This document shows positions 51,891 to 60,871 of a stretch of 64,000 bases of DNA, piece by piece. Under the pieces are notes generated by a model. That model was given only the letters and a program-made list of their open reading frames with translations, was not told where the DNA came from and ran no database searches. The DNA is taken from NCBI GenBank assembly GCA_049322615.1, contig JBMORX010000010.1, forward strand, positions 89,416-153,415, read 5' to 3'. The position numbers and the translations under genes were made by a program. The number at the start of each line of letters is the position of its first letter. The first letter of the stretch is position 1. This DNA comes from Patescibacteria group bacterium. Its GTDB lineage: Bacteria > Patescibacteriota > Microgenomatia > CAYGWK01.

Positions 51891-52055
51891 TAGTCTGCTC
51901 GATTCCTTATGTTCTGTATGCTTCCGACACCTTCGACAATATTTCCGTAAGACCAGTTTTTCTGGTGTATTAATTTTTGATTTTGTCGTTATATAATTTT
52001 GCGATTTGCACTCTTGGCAGACTAAAGCCAAAAGTGGTCTTTGAATCTCTGCCAT
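51885..52055 (-). CDS. rpmG: Ribosomal protein L33 (start refined to the internal Met of track ORF 51885..52151).
   Basis: MAEIQRPLLALVCQECKSQNYITTKSKINTPEKLVLRKYCRRCRKHTEHKE fits the L33 C4 zinc-ribbon pattern. The upstream 96 nt of the track ORF is a tandem copy of the AATAAGCAAAGCTTGTTGC element. Confidence 0.8.
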   Translation of the reverse strand: MAEIQRPLLALVCQECKSQNYITTKSKINTPEKLVLRKYCRRCRKHTEHKESSRLK

Positions 52056-52155
52056 GTTGTTTATTATAGCAAAAAATTGTGATAAAATAAACAAAGTTTG
52101 TTGCTTTGCAATAAGCGGAGCTTGTTGTTGCGCAATAAACAAATTTGGCATTGAG

Positions 52156-52761
52156 ATGGACTTGCCTATAGAAAAAGTAAAAGATTTGTATTACAAAGAG
52201 GGATTAAGCGCAAGAGAGGTTGGAGAAAAGATTGGCGCTTCGGTTTGGCAAGTAATAAAATTTATGAAGAAAAATAACTTGCCTCGCCGAGATCAATCAG
52301 AAACTCACCGCCTAGCCTTTTTGAGCGCTCCGCCCTCTTTTAAGCCAAAAAGAACTTTAACAACTCAAGAAGAACAGCTGAAAATAGCTGGACTTATGCT
52401 TTATTGGGGCGAAGGAGCAAAAACAACCGACAGTACCGTAGATCTTGCCAACAGTGACCCCTTAATGATTAAATTATTTTTAAGGATGCTTCGCGAGATT
52501 TATGGGGTTAAAGAAGAACGGTTAAGAATTTTACTTTATTGCTATGCTAATCAAGATGTCAAAGAATTAATAAATTATTGGGTTGGAATTGCAAGAATAC
52601 CCCAAAAGCAATTCTCTAAGCCCTATATCCGGCAAGATTTTTTGGAAGGAAAGAAAAACAAGATGCCTTATGGGCTTATTCATGTTCGGTATAGCGACAA
52701 AAAGCTGGTAGCAACAATTAAAAACGATATTGAGAAATTACTTAAAATATTTATAGGCTAG
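52156..52761 (+). CDS. Hypothetical HTH-containing protein (201 aa), possibly LAGLIDADG-like (start refined to internal Met).
   Basis: LSAREVGEKIGASVWQVIKFMKKNNL (HTH-like). IAGLMLYWGEGAKT weakly resembles a LAGLIDADG motif. Confidence 0.35.
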   Translation: MDLPIEKVKDLYYKEGLSAREVGEKIGASVWQVIKFMKKNNLPRRDQSETHRLAFLSAPPSFKPKRTLTTQEEQLKIAGLMLYWGEGAKTTDSTVDLANSDPLMIKLFLRMLREIYGVKEERLRILLYCYANQDVKELINYWVGIARIPQKQFSKPYIRQDFLEGKKNKMPYGLIHVRYSDKKLVATIKNDIEKLLKIFIG

Positions 52762-52839
52762 GGTAGCGAAGTGGCTAAACGCACCTCTCTGTAAAAGAGG
52801 CGCCGCAAGGCTTCGGGGGTTCGAATCCCTCCCCTAGCA
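52757..52839 (+). tRNA. tRNA-Tyr (anticodon GUA), class II with a long variable arm.
   Basis: gctaggg-ta-gcg-aagtggctaaa-cgc-a-cctct-ctgtaaa-agagg-cgccgcaaggcttc-ggggg-ttcgaat-ccctc-ccctagc-a. Confidence 0.85.
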
Positions 52840-52845
52840 CCTTCG

Positions 52846-52916
52846 GCCGCCTTAGCTTAGTGGTAAAGCGGTGGTTTTGTAAACCATTGACGTCAGTTCG
52901 ATTCTGACAGGCGGCT
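52846..52916 (+). tRNA. tRNA-Thr (anticodon UGU).
   Basis: gccgcct-ta-gctt-agtggta-aagc-g-gtggt-tttgtaa-accat-tgac-gtcag-ttcgatt-ctgac-aggcggc-t. Confidence 0.85.
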
Positions 52917-52935
52917 CAAAAAACACCACTGAACT

Positions 52936-53364
52936 CTACTTTTTCTTGGCTTTAACGCTAATCTTTTTTGATTTGGCGCCTGGGGAAATGGGTGCCTTGA
53001 CGGTTAAAACCCCATCCTCAAGTTCGGCTGAAAGTTTTGTGGCATCGATGGCTCGAGGTAGGGTGGTGGTGTAATCAAAAGCGGCCATCCTTTGTGCCCG
53101 GTAAACAACCTTCTTTCGTTTCTTCTCTTCCTCTGTCTCTTCGACTTTACCACGGATTCTTAAAACTCCGTCCTCGAAGGTGACCTCAATTTTATCCTCG
53201 GGCACACCGGGAACAGCGGCTTTAACAACCACCTCATTTTCCGTTTCATAAACATCCAAACCTCTGGTCTCGGTTAGCTCTGGCCACTCCTCCTCTTCTT
53301 CGAGCCATCGCCAACGAGGAAAAACTCCCCAAGGTGTCCAACGAATAATCGCCATTTTTATCAC
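52936..53364 (-). CDS. Hsp20/alpha-crystallin-family small heat-shock protein.
   Basis: LDVYETENEVVVKAAVPGVPEDKIEVTFEDGVLRIRGKVEE...TLPRAIDATKLSAELEDGVLTVKAP. Confidence 0.85.
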   Translation of the reverse strand: MIKMAIIRWTPWGVFPRWRWLEEEEEWPELTETRGLDVYETENEVVVKAAVPGVPEDKIEVTFEDGVLRIRGKVEETEEEKKRKKVVYRAQRMAAFDYTTTLPRAIDATKLSAELEDGVLTVKAPISPGAKSKKISVKAKKK

Positions 53365-53517
53365 CTCCTTCCGTGTTTCAGTCCTTTCAGCGCTTCAGTG
53401 TTATCCAGCCTCCTATTCGGTTTCAGAATCTGGCACCCTATTATTTTGACTGCTAATTTATTTTAGGAAATCTGGCAAATCCTTGTCAAGTCCTAGTTTA
53501 TGATAAAATTTTAAGGG

Positions 53518-54495
53518 ATGAAAACAGTTCTCTTGGTTTTATTGTTTTTTCTGGTTTTAGGGGCACTTGTGGCATTACTTTTAAACCAGCCCCAAAAGCT
53601 TTTGTCTCCTTTTGTTGGTGTTTCCGAAAAACCAAAGATACTGGAAAAATATAGTTTTGAAAATTTGCGTAGGCGGGAATATCAGGGGAGTGAGATAAAG
53701 CTTGAGAAAGTGATCAAAGAAGAATCTGCCTACACCTCCTGGCTTTTTTCCTATCTTTCTGATGGCAAAAAAATAACGGGAATGGCTAACCTTCCTAAAA
53801 GAAAAGGTAAACTGCCGGTGGTGGTTATGCTTCGGGGATATGTAGAGGATGAGGTTTATTTTACTGGCTTAGGAACAAGAAAAGCGGCCGGATTTTTTGC
53901 GGAAAATGGTTTTATCACTTTGGCTCCTGATTTTTTAGGTTTTGCTGGCTCTTCTCCCTCAAGTTTAGATATTTTAGAGGCAAGATTTTACCGACCAGTG
54001 GAAGTTTTGAATTTGCTGGCTTCAGTCAAAACTCTGGCGAAGGCTGACCCAGAAAAAATTTTTCTTTGGGGACATTCTAATGGTGGTCAGATTGCTCTTT
54101 CGGTTTTGGAAATTAGCCAAAAGCCTTACCCTACAACTCTATGGGCGCCAGTGACTCGCGGTTTTCCTCAATCAGTTTTAGATTATATGGGTGAGCTTGA
54201 CGACCAAGGCAAAAAGGTGAAGGCGGCGATTGAAGAATTTTTAAAGATTTATAATCCTGAAAAGTTTTCAATTACCAATTATTTTGCCGATATCCAAGCC
54301 CCACTTCAGGTTCATCAGGGAATGGCTGATGAGTATATCAAAACCGGCTGGATCGATGAGTTTGTGTCGAGGATGGAATCCTTAGATAAAAAAGTGACCT
54401 ACTTTAAATATCCCCGCAATGATCATAACTTAAAACAAAGTTGGGATTTGGTTGTCGCCCGAGATTTAGAGTTTTTTCGAAAGAATCTAAAATAG
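53518..54495 (+). CDS. Alpha/beta-hydrolase (S9 / dienelactone-hydrolase-like) with an N-terminal membrane anchor.
   Basis: Nucleophile elbow GHSNGG (GxSxG), later MADEY and a histidine in RNDHNL. Confidence 0.65.
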   Translation: MKTVLLVLLFFLVLGALVALLLNQPQKLLSPFVGVSEKPKILEKYSFENLRRREYQGSEIKLEKVIKEESAYTSWLFSYLSDGKKITGMANLPKRKGKLPVVVMLRGYVEDEVYFTGLGTRKAAGFFAENGFITLAPDFLGFAGSSPSSLDILEARFYRPVEVLNLLASVKTLAKADPEKIFLWGHSNGGQIALSVLEISQKPYPTTLWAPVTRGFPQSVLDYMGELDDQGKKVKAAIEEFLKIYNPEKFSITNYFADIQAPLQVHQGMADEYIKTGWIDEFVSRMESLDKKVTYFKYPRNDHNLKQSWDLVVARDLEFFRKNLK

Positions 54496-54855
54496 AATCT
54501 TTTTGCATTGAAATCGTGAGGTGCTATAATTAAAAAGATGGGAAGTCCCGAAAGCAAGAAGCAGGAAACCCCGGCAGAGATCTTTGGTCGAGCACTCGCC
54601 GGTTCAATTCCACCCACAATTCTTGATTGCTTTGGATCTATGGTTGAACAGTTAGGCTGGCGGACCTTTCTTGCTCAGGAGGATAAGGTGAGCCCCCCTG
54701 CATCTTCCGGAGGAGCAGGAAAAATAGTTTACCCTGAGTTTGCCGAAGGGCCTCAAAAGCCAAAATTTCCTCCTAGTTTACCCTGCCTGCCCGTCTCTGG
54801 AGGGAGCCTGTCGAAGGGCCAAAATTTCCCCCGAAAAATCTGTTAGAATGAAATT

Positions 54856-55185
54856 ATGGCTTGGAAAGTAAAATTTTTTCAGACAAAAAGAGGGGATTAT
54901 CCAGTAAAAGAATTTATTGAAAAACTTGAAAAGAAGACATATACACGAGCATTGAAATCAATAACTTTGCTTTCTAATTTCGGACCCTTTGTGAGGATGC
55001 CATATTCAAAGAAAATTGCCCCACACCTCTATGAATTAAGAATTAAAGGAGCAGAATCAATCAGAATTCTTTATGTTCAGGTTAATCAGGTTTACTATCT
55101 GGTCCACATTTTTAAGAAAAAGACAGACAAAATTCCCATGCGAGAGATAAAAACTGCTCTTGACAGAGCAAAAGAATTAAGATAA
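54856..55185 (+). CDS. HigB/Gp49-like type II toxin (RelE/ParE superfamily).
   Basis: MAWKVKFFQTKRGDYPVKEFIEKLEKKT...LYELRIKGAESIRILYVQVNQVYYLVHIFKKKTDKIP. It is paired with the downstream XRE HTH gene. Confidence 0.55.
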   Translation: MAWKVKFFQTKRGDYPVKEFIEKLEKKTYTRALKSITLLSNFGPFVRMPYSKKIAPHLYELRIKGAESIRILYVQVNQVYYLVHIFKKKTDKIPMREIKTALDRAKELR

Positions 55186-55197
55186 CATATATGTTAT

Positions 55198-55491
55198 ATG
55201 AGAAGAAAACATCTTGACTTTGAACAATATAAAAAAGAAGTTTTTCTAAAAGACCCAGAGGTAAAAGCTGAGTATGATAGGCTTCAGCCTGAATTTGCCG
55301 TGATTGAGGCGATTTTAAGGGCCAGATTGAAAAGAGGAGTTACCCAGAAAAAATTAGCCCAGAGGCTGAAAACCAAACAGTCGGCTATTTCCCGGCTGGA
55401 ATCAGGAACGGCCAATCCTTCTTTAAATTTCTTAAAGCGCCTGGCCGAGGCTTTGGATTCCCGTCTGGAAATTCGTTTAATACCGAAATAG
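55198..55491 (+). CDS. XRE-family HTH antitoxin (HigA-like).
   Basis: GVTQKKLAQRLKTKQSAISRLESGTANPSLNFLKRLAEAL. Confidence 0.65.
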   Translation: MRRKHLDFEQYKKEVFLKDPEVKAEYDRLQPEFAVIEAILRARLKRGVTQKKLAQRLKTKQSAISRLESGTANPSLNFLKRLAEALDSRLEIRLIPK

Positions 55492-55721
55492 CCTCTTTTG
55501 AACTATAAGTCAAAACTCAAACCTAAAAATTGAAAATTGAATCGATTTTTTGCCTAGGCAGAAAAAATAAATTAATCAACCAATTTTAAGGCTAGATAAA
55601 GTCTTATAATATTAACTGAAGATTAGAGAATCGAAGGGCCTCAAAAACCAAAATTTTCCCGCTTTTAAATTTGCCCCGAGAAATTTGACTTTTGGTACTC
55701 CGCGTGCTATTTTAATGCGCA

Positions 55722-56174
55722 ATGGCAGGAATAGAAACACTTTGCTCAAAACAGGAAATTCAAAATGGAGGACTTCCTGTGCCGCATTTACCTATTTTGG
55801 AGACTGCAGGACTGATTGACGCAATGGGAGAAAACTGGGGAATTCCTCAAGGAGCGAGAGAACCAAGGGAGCTGATCAAACCCTGGCTTGAATTTTGTAA
55901 TAATGTAATCGAGGGCAGGAAGATAATCAGATGCTTTAGGAGAAGAGGCGAGCTTAAATTAGACTTTGTTGCTCTTGGCGCCTGGAACTACGCAAAAAGA
56001 GTTTTAGGAGGAAATTTTAAAGAGAGAACAGAACAAATCAAAGCAGCCAAGAGAGCATTTAGCGTCCTTTTAGGGAAAAAAGAGAGAAAAGGGATGAGAC
56101 CAGAAGATCCTAATGAAGCAAGAAAATTGGTTAGCGTATTTGAAGAACGTCTTCTTACCCGCATGACTATTTAA
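55722..56174 (+). CDS. Hypothetical protein (150 aa).
   Basis: ORF only. It is flanked by the CGCTTTTAAATTTGCCCC repeats (55662-55680, 56191-56209, and a third at 56882-56900). Confidence 0.35.
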   Translation: MAGIETLCSKQEIQNGGLPVPHLPILETAGLIDAMGENWGIPQGAREPRELIKPWLEFCNNVIEGRKIIRCFRRRGELKLDFVALGAWNYAKRVLGGNFKERTEQIKAAKRAFSVLLGKKERKGMRPEDPNEARKLVSVFEERLLTRMTI

Positions 56175-56233
56175 TTCTCTTAATTTCTTCCGCTTTTAAA
56201 TTTGCCCACAGATTTTGTGGTAAAATCAATCCA

Positions 56234-56878
56234 GTGGCAGCTTCTAATAAAATCTTTAAGCTTTATCTTGATTTTCTTCAAAAACATGGCTCTCCGGAAA
56301 AATTCTGGCCGCAATGGTGTGCTTTGAGAAAATCGCCAAAACAAAGAGAGTTGATCGCCATTGGGGCGATTTTAACCCAGAGAACAAGTTGGCACAATGC
56401 TGATTTGTCTTTACGCAATCTAAAGAAGGCCGGTTTACTTTCTCTAAAGAAGGTTAGTGATTTAGACAATTATAACCAGCTTAGAGAATTAATCAGACCG
56501 GCAGGCTTCTACCAGAGTAAGCCTCGACGCCTTTATGATTTTTGTTCTTTTATTATCAAAGAATATAGCAGTTTGGAAAAGTTTATGAAAGAGGATTTAA
56601 AGATTGCTCGAGAAAAATTACTTTCACTTTATGGCATTGGCCCAGAGACAGCCGACACCATTCTTTTATACGCCTTGGACAGGCTAAGTTTTGTGATTGA
56701 CGAGTACACTAAGAGGCTAGTTAAAAAAAGAGGGTTAGCCACAAGTTTTACTTATGATTATCTTAAAGATTTTTTTGAGAGAAACTTACCTCAGGAAGTT
56801 AAGGCCTACCAGGAGTTCCACGCCTTAATAATTGTTGAAGAAAAAGGTAAAGCAAGTTCGATAATGAAGAGGGTCTAG
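56234..56878 (+). CDS. HhH-GPD superfamily DNA glycosylase (endonuclease III-like, with no C-terminal FeS cluster).
   Basis: LLSLYGIGPETADTILLYAL (helix-hairpin-helix plus Gly/Pro loop) followed by VIDEY (catalytic Asp). Confidence 0.65.
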   Translation: MAASNKIFKLYLDFLQKHGSPEKFWPQWCALRKSPKQRELIAIGAILTQRTSWHNADLSLRNLKKAGLLSLKKVSDLDNYNQLRELIRPAGFYQSKPRRLYDFCSFIIKEYSSLEKFMKEDLKIAREKLLSLYGIGPETADTILLYALDRLSFVIDEYTKRLVKKRGLATSFTYDYLKDFFERNLPQEVKAYQEFHALIIVEEKGKASSIMKRV

Positions 56879-57090
56879 ACTCCCGCTTTTAAATTTGCCC
56901 CGTCCTTTGCTCTTCTTGACAAAATTCCGCACGTGCCAGATTTTGTCAAGAGGATACGATTACCCCTAGCCTTGCATATTTTATGCCGATCGGCTCAAAA
57001 TAAGTAGTAGGAGCACCGAGGAAGAAGTTTAAGAAATCTTAAAATTTTCCGGGAAGATTTGATTATTTTAATCTATTAGTATATAATACG

Positions 57091-57128
57091 ACCTAGATTT
57101 AGCCTCTGCGTAAGCAGAGGCTTTTCTT
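57091..57128 (+). terminator. Rho-independent terminator.
   Basis: agcctctgcgtaagcagaggcttttctttg. Perfect 9-bp stem with a GTAA loop, followed by a T-run. Confidence 0.8.
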
Positions 57129-57199
57129 TGCCCTCCTAAGATCGCCCCTTGAGCCGTGTTCGAATAGAACTGAGAAGGCGAAAGGGAAGATCAGGAGGG
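57128..57199 (+). promoter_or_regulatory. Structured 5' leader (conserved RNA motif, copy B). The anti-SD CCCTCCT (57131-57137) pairs with the SD AGGAGGG (57193-57199) and encloses the core CGCCCCTTGAGCCGTGTTCGAATAGAACTGAGAAGGCGAAAGGGAAGATC.
   Basis: The SD is 10 nt upstream of the ATG at 57210. The core is homologous to 10031-10080, with compensatory changes. Confidence 0.5.
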
Positions 57200-57209
57200 T
57201 TGATGGCTT

Positions 57210-57929
57210 ATGAGAGAACAAATTCTTGCTTTAGTAACTCTTGCTTCGACCACGCTAAGCGTGGTTTCTTCGGCCGTGGGACCACTGGTTTCTCCTGTGC
57301 CTGAAGTTCAGGTTTTGGCAGAGCACACTTTAGATTTAGGGACAAGAAACAAAAATCCCTTTGTTAATGAAGTTTTCGCGGATAATATTCTTCTGGCGCT
57401 TCATTATTTTAAAGGAGATGCAGATGGTTTTAAACTGGATCCGGAGAAATCCGGACCAGGTAATATTAACTGGGAAAAAGTCAGGGAGCCATTTGAGTCT
57501 GTCTTGGTTTTACAGGCAGGAGAAATTTTTGCCTTTCATGGTTTTCTTCTTAGGGAGTATCAAGGTTTGAATGTCAAAACTGGCAAGACAAAATACACCC
57601 ATAGCGAAGGATATAAAACCGTTGGGGGACTTCCGGGAAACGGCGTTTGTCATCTTGCCTCTCTTATAAACTGGACTGCCTCTGGGGCCAGCCTCGCTCT
57701 AGACGGCGAGTCTAGGCGGACTGGACTTGAAGTGGTTTCCAAAGTGAACCACAACTTTCTTCCTGTTCCTGGTGTACCTCGCGAGTTTGGTACTTCAATC
57801 CGATACAGTCCAAATGGGGCAAGAAACAGTCAAAATCAAAATCTTTATATTAGAAATAATTTAGGCATCCCGATTACTTTTGTTTTTAGAGCTAATTCTT
57901 CCTCGGTTACTCTGATGATTGTTCAGTAG
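57210..57929 (+). CDS. Secreted hypothetical protein (239 aa).
   Basis: Signal peptide MREQILALVTLASTTLSVVSSAVGPLVSP. No recognised motif. Confidence 0.45.
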   Translation: MREQILALVTLASTTLSVVSSAVGPLVSPVPEVQVLAEHTLDLGTRNKNPFVNEVFADNILLALHYFKGDADGFKLDPEKSGPGNINWEKVREPFESVLVLQAGEIFAFHGFLLREYQGLNVKTGKTKYTHSEGYKTVGGLPGNGVCHLASLINWTASGASLALDGESRRTGLEVVSKVNHNFLPVPGVPREFGTSIRYSPNGARNSQNQNLYIRNNLGIPITFVFRANSSSVTLMIVQ

Positions 57930-58261
57930 AAAAAAGTATTTTAACTTGACAAAGTGTGTTTTATGTGTTATACTATGAGCCATAATTAAGAGACCTGCTC
58001 TTTAAATTATAAATTATAGAGAACTTCTAAATTTTCCGAGAATCCTTATTCTTTTTCCGAGATTTTAATTACCTTTTCTTTCTGTTCTTTAAATGATGAC
58101 AGAAAGAAGCGGTAATTCGCTTCAGCACATTAAATAAAAAAAGGAGGTGGAACGGAGCCGGGTAAGGGACACTTGCCCGAAGCGGAGCGGAGTCGACTGC
58201 CGAGACACCCCGAACCGCAAGGCGGGGAAATGGATAAGGCAGAGGGTTAAGGGAGGCAAAA

Positions 58262-58597
58262 ATGGCACTCCTACTAAATGCAACGCCCCACCAGATAAAT
58301 CTGGTGGATGCGGATGGGAAGACCATCCGCACGATCGAACCGTCTGGAGTGGTGGCTCGTTGCACCGCCACCCAAACGGAGGTCGGTCAGATCGAAGGAA
58401 TACCGATCGTGAAGTCGGTGTTCTCCGAGGTCACCGGCCTGCCCGAGCCGGATGGCGAGACGGTCTACATCGTCTCGTCTCTGGTAGCCCAGGCCCTGGC
58501 GGGTAAGCGCGAGGTGGTATCCCCTGACACCGGTCCCACTGCGCTGCGCACTCCGGATGGCAAGATCGCCGGAGTTCGCCGCTTCCAGAAGTTTTAG
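58262..58597 (+). CDS. Hypothetical protein (111 aa) in the GC-rich island.
   Basis: Strong RBS. ORF MALLLNATPHQINLVDADGKTIRTIEPSGVVARCTATQTEVGQ... Confidence 0.5.
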   Translation: MALLLNATPHQINLVDADGKTIRTIEPSGVVARCTATQTEVGQIEGIPIVKSVFSEVTGLPEPDGETVYIVSSLVAQALAGKREVVSPDTGPTALRTPDGKIAGVRRFQKF

Positions 58598-58632
58598 GGA
58601 GCGGAAAATTCTGAGCTTTTAAGGAGGACGAA

Positions 58633-58836
58633 ATGGCTACGCACGAGCTGTCCCTGGTTGCTTCGGGCGATTTTATCGATCGCCTGAAGATGTTGGGGAT
58701 CACCCCTCAGGTTGAAGGGTTTTCCGTCCCCTGTGAACTTTGTGGGGGCCACGGTTGCTCCTTCTGCGATGAGGGCCAGTTTGACACCGGCACTATCCGT
58801 TGGGAAGGGCCGGAGTACGAGGGAGGAGGAGTCTGA
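58633..58836 (+). CDS. Small Cys-rich (zinc-binding?) protein (67 aa) in the island.
   Basis: CELCGGHGCSFCDEGQ. Strong RBS. Its stop abuts the next ATG (TGATG). Confidence 0.5.
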   Translation: MATHELSLVASGDFIDRLKMLGITPQVEGFSVPCELCGGHGCSFCDEGQFDTGTIRWEGPEYEGGGV

Positions 58837-59099
58837 TGGAGATCTTAATAAGAAGGAGAAGAAGTCACCCAGTAGTGACCTGCCCGGCCTGCGGAAACTT
58901 AAACCCGCAGATCGAAGGGTGGTGCGTTTTCTGTGGCGCACCACTCGCCGGGTTAACCCCTGAACCTCGGCGCCGTCTCGCACGACTTGCGTGCGGGCAC
59001 GAGGTGGAAGGGCCGGAGGTGCCCATCGGCGCCAGCGTCTGGTGTCCTCTGTGTCCGGCAGAGGAGAACGCCATGACGCAGGTGGTGTATCTCCTTTAG
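58836..59099 (+). CDS. Small zinc-ribbon protein (87 aa) in the island. The start is taken at the Met of MEILIRRRR.
   Basis: CPACGNLNPQIEGWCVFCG ... CGHEVEGPEVPIGASVWCPLCPAEE (two CxxC pairs twice). Confidence 0.5.
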   Translation: MEILIRRRRSHPVVTCPACGNLNPQIEGWCVFCGAPLAGLTPEPRRRLARLACGHEVEGPEVPIGASVWCPLCPAEENAMTQVVYLL

Positions 59100-59406
59100 G
59101 CCGCCCCGGCGATCCCACGTCCCAAGGAAAAGCTCAAGACTACCGACTCGCAAGAGTAGGTGCTGTTGATGGTGCGTAAGGTCGAAAGACACTTACCTAG
59201 GAACAGCTTAATGTGTACATACTAGCTCAGGGACACCTAAAGCGGATTAAGTGGAGAATGGAAGAGATAGTTTAAATGCAATTATCCTCATTCTTCTATT
59301 CTTTGCTTGACAATTCTGCCCAGGGGGGAGAAAGAAGAGTCTCTTTAAAAGAGCTCTCAATTTCCTCCCTGGGCTGTCGAAATTATTTCGGGAGGCTTAA
59401 TAGAAT

Positions 59407-60297
59407 TTATCTTTCAAGGTAAGAGAAAATGTATTCTTTTAATGATTCTAGTATTTGTTTATCTTTAAGTTTTTGAGTTGCCCTCTTTAAAGCATTCAAC
59501 GATTTTATTTTTTTAGCATTAATTAGCTTTTTAATCTTTTGGGGAGCGATCCCTTTGGCTTGAGCAAGTGCCTGGGTCATTTCAATAAGCTGGATAAGAG
59601 AGGCTTTGGGTACTTGGGAAATTGGCATTTTTTGGTGTTTTGCTAAATGAACTAAACCTTTAGGATAAGTAAGCTTGACCCTCTTCTTTTTGAAAATCTC
59701 ATTAAGGCAGATTTCCGCGCCAAGTCTGGCTTCTTTGATTTTATTAAGATGAGGAAGGAGGTCTTTTTTAAAGTAAGCCCGAAAGCCAGTAAACCTCCAA
59801 AAGGGATCGGGAAGCCGGCTAGTGGTAGTTCCCAAAACGGCATCGGCTTGACCCTTGATTAATGGCTTTGTTAAAGTTTTTATATGGCTATTTTTGACAT
59901 TTAGGTGATGAGCGTCCATAAAAATAACGAGTTCACCCCTGGCTTTTTCTACTCCTGTGGCCATGGCGTAGCCTTTACCTTGATTTTTCTTGTAAGAAAT
60001 AATTTTAATCTTATCCTGCCAGCTTGAGGATTTAAGAATTTCTAAAGTTTTATCGGTTGAGCCATCATTGACGACAATAATTTCTGAAACAGCCCTACAG
60101 GGGAGAAGCGATTCAATCACCTTAGCTATCCATCTTTCCTCATTAAAGCAAGGAATGATGATAGAGGTTTGGGGAGTTGTCATAATTTTCATAAGTTGTA
60201 TAATAGCACAAGATGGACAAATATTTTTGGGTCTTTGCTCTTTTGATGCTATCTTGCGTGTTCTGGGCTTTCTGGGAGTCGGCAGCCGAGGGACCAT
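59407..60297 (-). CDS. Family-2 glycosyltransferase (dolichyl-phosphate mannosyltransferase-like).
   Basis: SIIIPCFNEERWIAKVIESL...EIIVVNDGSTDKTLEIL (GT2 DxD region). Confidence 0.8.
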   Translation of the reverse strand: MVPRLPTPRKPRTRKIASKEQRPKNICPSCAIIQLMKIMTTPQTSIIIPCFNEERWIAKVIESLLPCRAVSEIIVVNDGSTDKTLEILKSSSWQDKIKIISYKKNQGKGYAMATGVEKARGELVIFMDAHHLNVKNSHIKTLTKPLIKGQADAVLGTTTSRLPDPFWRFTGFRAYFKKDLLPHLNKIKEARLGAEICLNEIFKKKRVKLTYPKGLVHLAKHQKMPISQVPKASLIQLIEMTQALAQAKGIAPQKIKKLINAKKIKSLNALKRATQKLKDKQILESLKEYIFSYLER

Positions 60298-60385
60298 ATG
60301 GTGGAGCGAGAAAATTCTACGGGTTCAGATTAAAAATTAAGGGCATTACGATCACTTTCGATACCATTTCTTTGTTCTTTTAGCC

Positions 60386-60649
60386 ATGATTCCGACCTTT
60401 TTGATGGCGATTTGGGTGGCTTCGGGTTTTGATCCCAGGATGAGTAAAATCCTGCTCGGCTCTTTTCCAATAATGATCGTTTTTGAAGATTTTTTATGGT
60501 TTTTAGTTAACCCTTTTTATGGCTATAAAAACTTTCTACCCCAAAAAGCAAAGTGGGCTCTGGGTCCCTGGTTTATTTTCGGCCCAATACACTTTCCAAT
60601 TCTTTACCTCCCTGCTTTACTGTTGGGGATAGCTATTCTTCTTATTTGA
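60386..60649 (+). CDS. Small membrane protein (87 aa), hypothetical.
   Basis: Hydrophobic ORF that abuts the tRNA. Confidence 0.3.
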   Translation: MIPTFLMAIWVASGFDPRMSKILLGSFPIMIVFEDFLWFLVNPFYGYKNFLPQKAKWALGPWFIFGPIHFPILYLPALLLGIAILLI

Positions 60650-60721
60650 GCCGAGGAGCGGGCTCGAACCGCCGACCTAGTCATTACCAATGACTTGCTC
60701 TACCAGCTGAGCTACCTCGGC
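60650..60721 (-). tRNA. tRNA-Thr (anticodon GGU).
   Basis: gccgagg-ta-gctc-agctggta-gagc-a-agtca-ttggtaa-tgact-aggtc-ggcgg-ttcgagc-ccgct-cctcggc. A TATAAT box lies ~25 nt upstream. Confidence 0.85.
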
Positions 60722-60794
60722 ACTTCGTCACTGCGTTCCTCAGTGTAAACACTTCTTTATTATACCTGATTTTTTAAAAAAAAGAAAAGGGGTT

Positions 60795-60870
60795 GCTATT
60801 GCGCAGCAACAAGCTTTGCTTATTCGGATTAATTCGGATAATTTAAATTCGGATGCATTCGGATATTAAA
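60795..60870. repeat. CCGAAT-rich repeat element, copy 2 (inverted relative to 8690-8750). It lies upstream of the tRNA-Thr promoter.
   Basis: cttattcggattaattcggataatttaaattcggatgcattcggatatt. Confidence 0.5.
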
Positions 60871-60871
60871 A

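Larger units (their letters stand above)
58130..59200 (+). other. GC-rich compositional island (~60%+ GC by eye, against ~38% for the window) that carries three tightly spaced small genes with strong RBSs. Probable horizontally acquired or foreign segment.
   Basis: Abrupt composition change at about 58130 and 59200. RBSs: aagggaggcaaaaATG (58262), taaggaggacgaaATG (58633), gagggaggaggagtcTGATG (58836). Confidence 0.6.

Noticed and set aside
58069-59192. Long minus-strand ORFs in the GC-rich island (58069..58371, 58431..58703, 58594..59118, 58865..59074, 58953..59192).
   Set aside because: High GC suppresses stop codons in all frames. These ORFs have no RBS and their translations are Arg/Pro/Gly-rich. 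The three plus-strand genes have strong, correctly spaced Shine-Dalgarno sequences.
59100-59260. SRP (4.5S) RNA at the 3' edge of the GC island, suggested by GGTGCTGTT.
   Set aside because: The domain-IV consensus (AGGUCAGG...GGAAGCAGC) is not present and no convincing helix 8 fold could be drawn. I left it unannotated.
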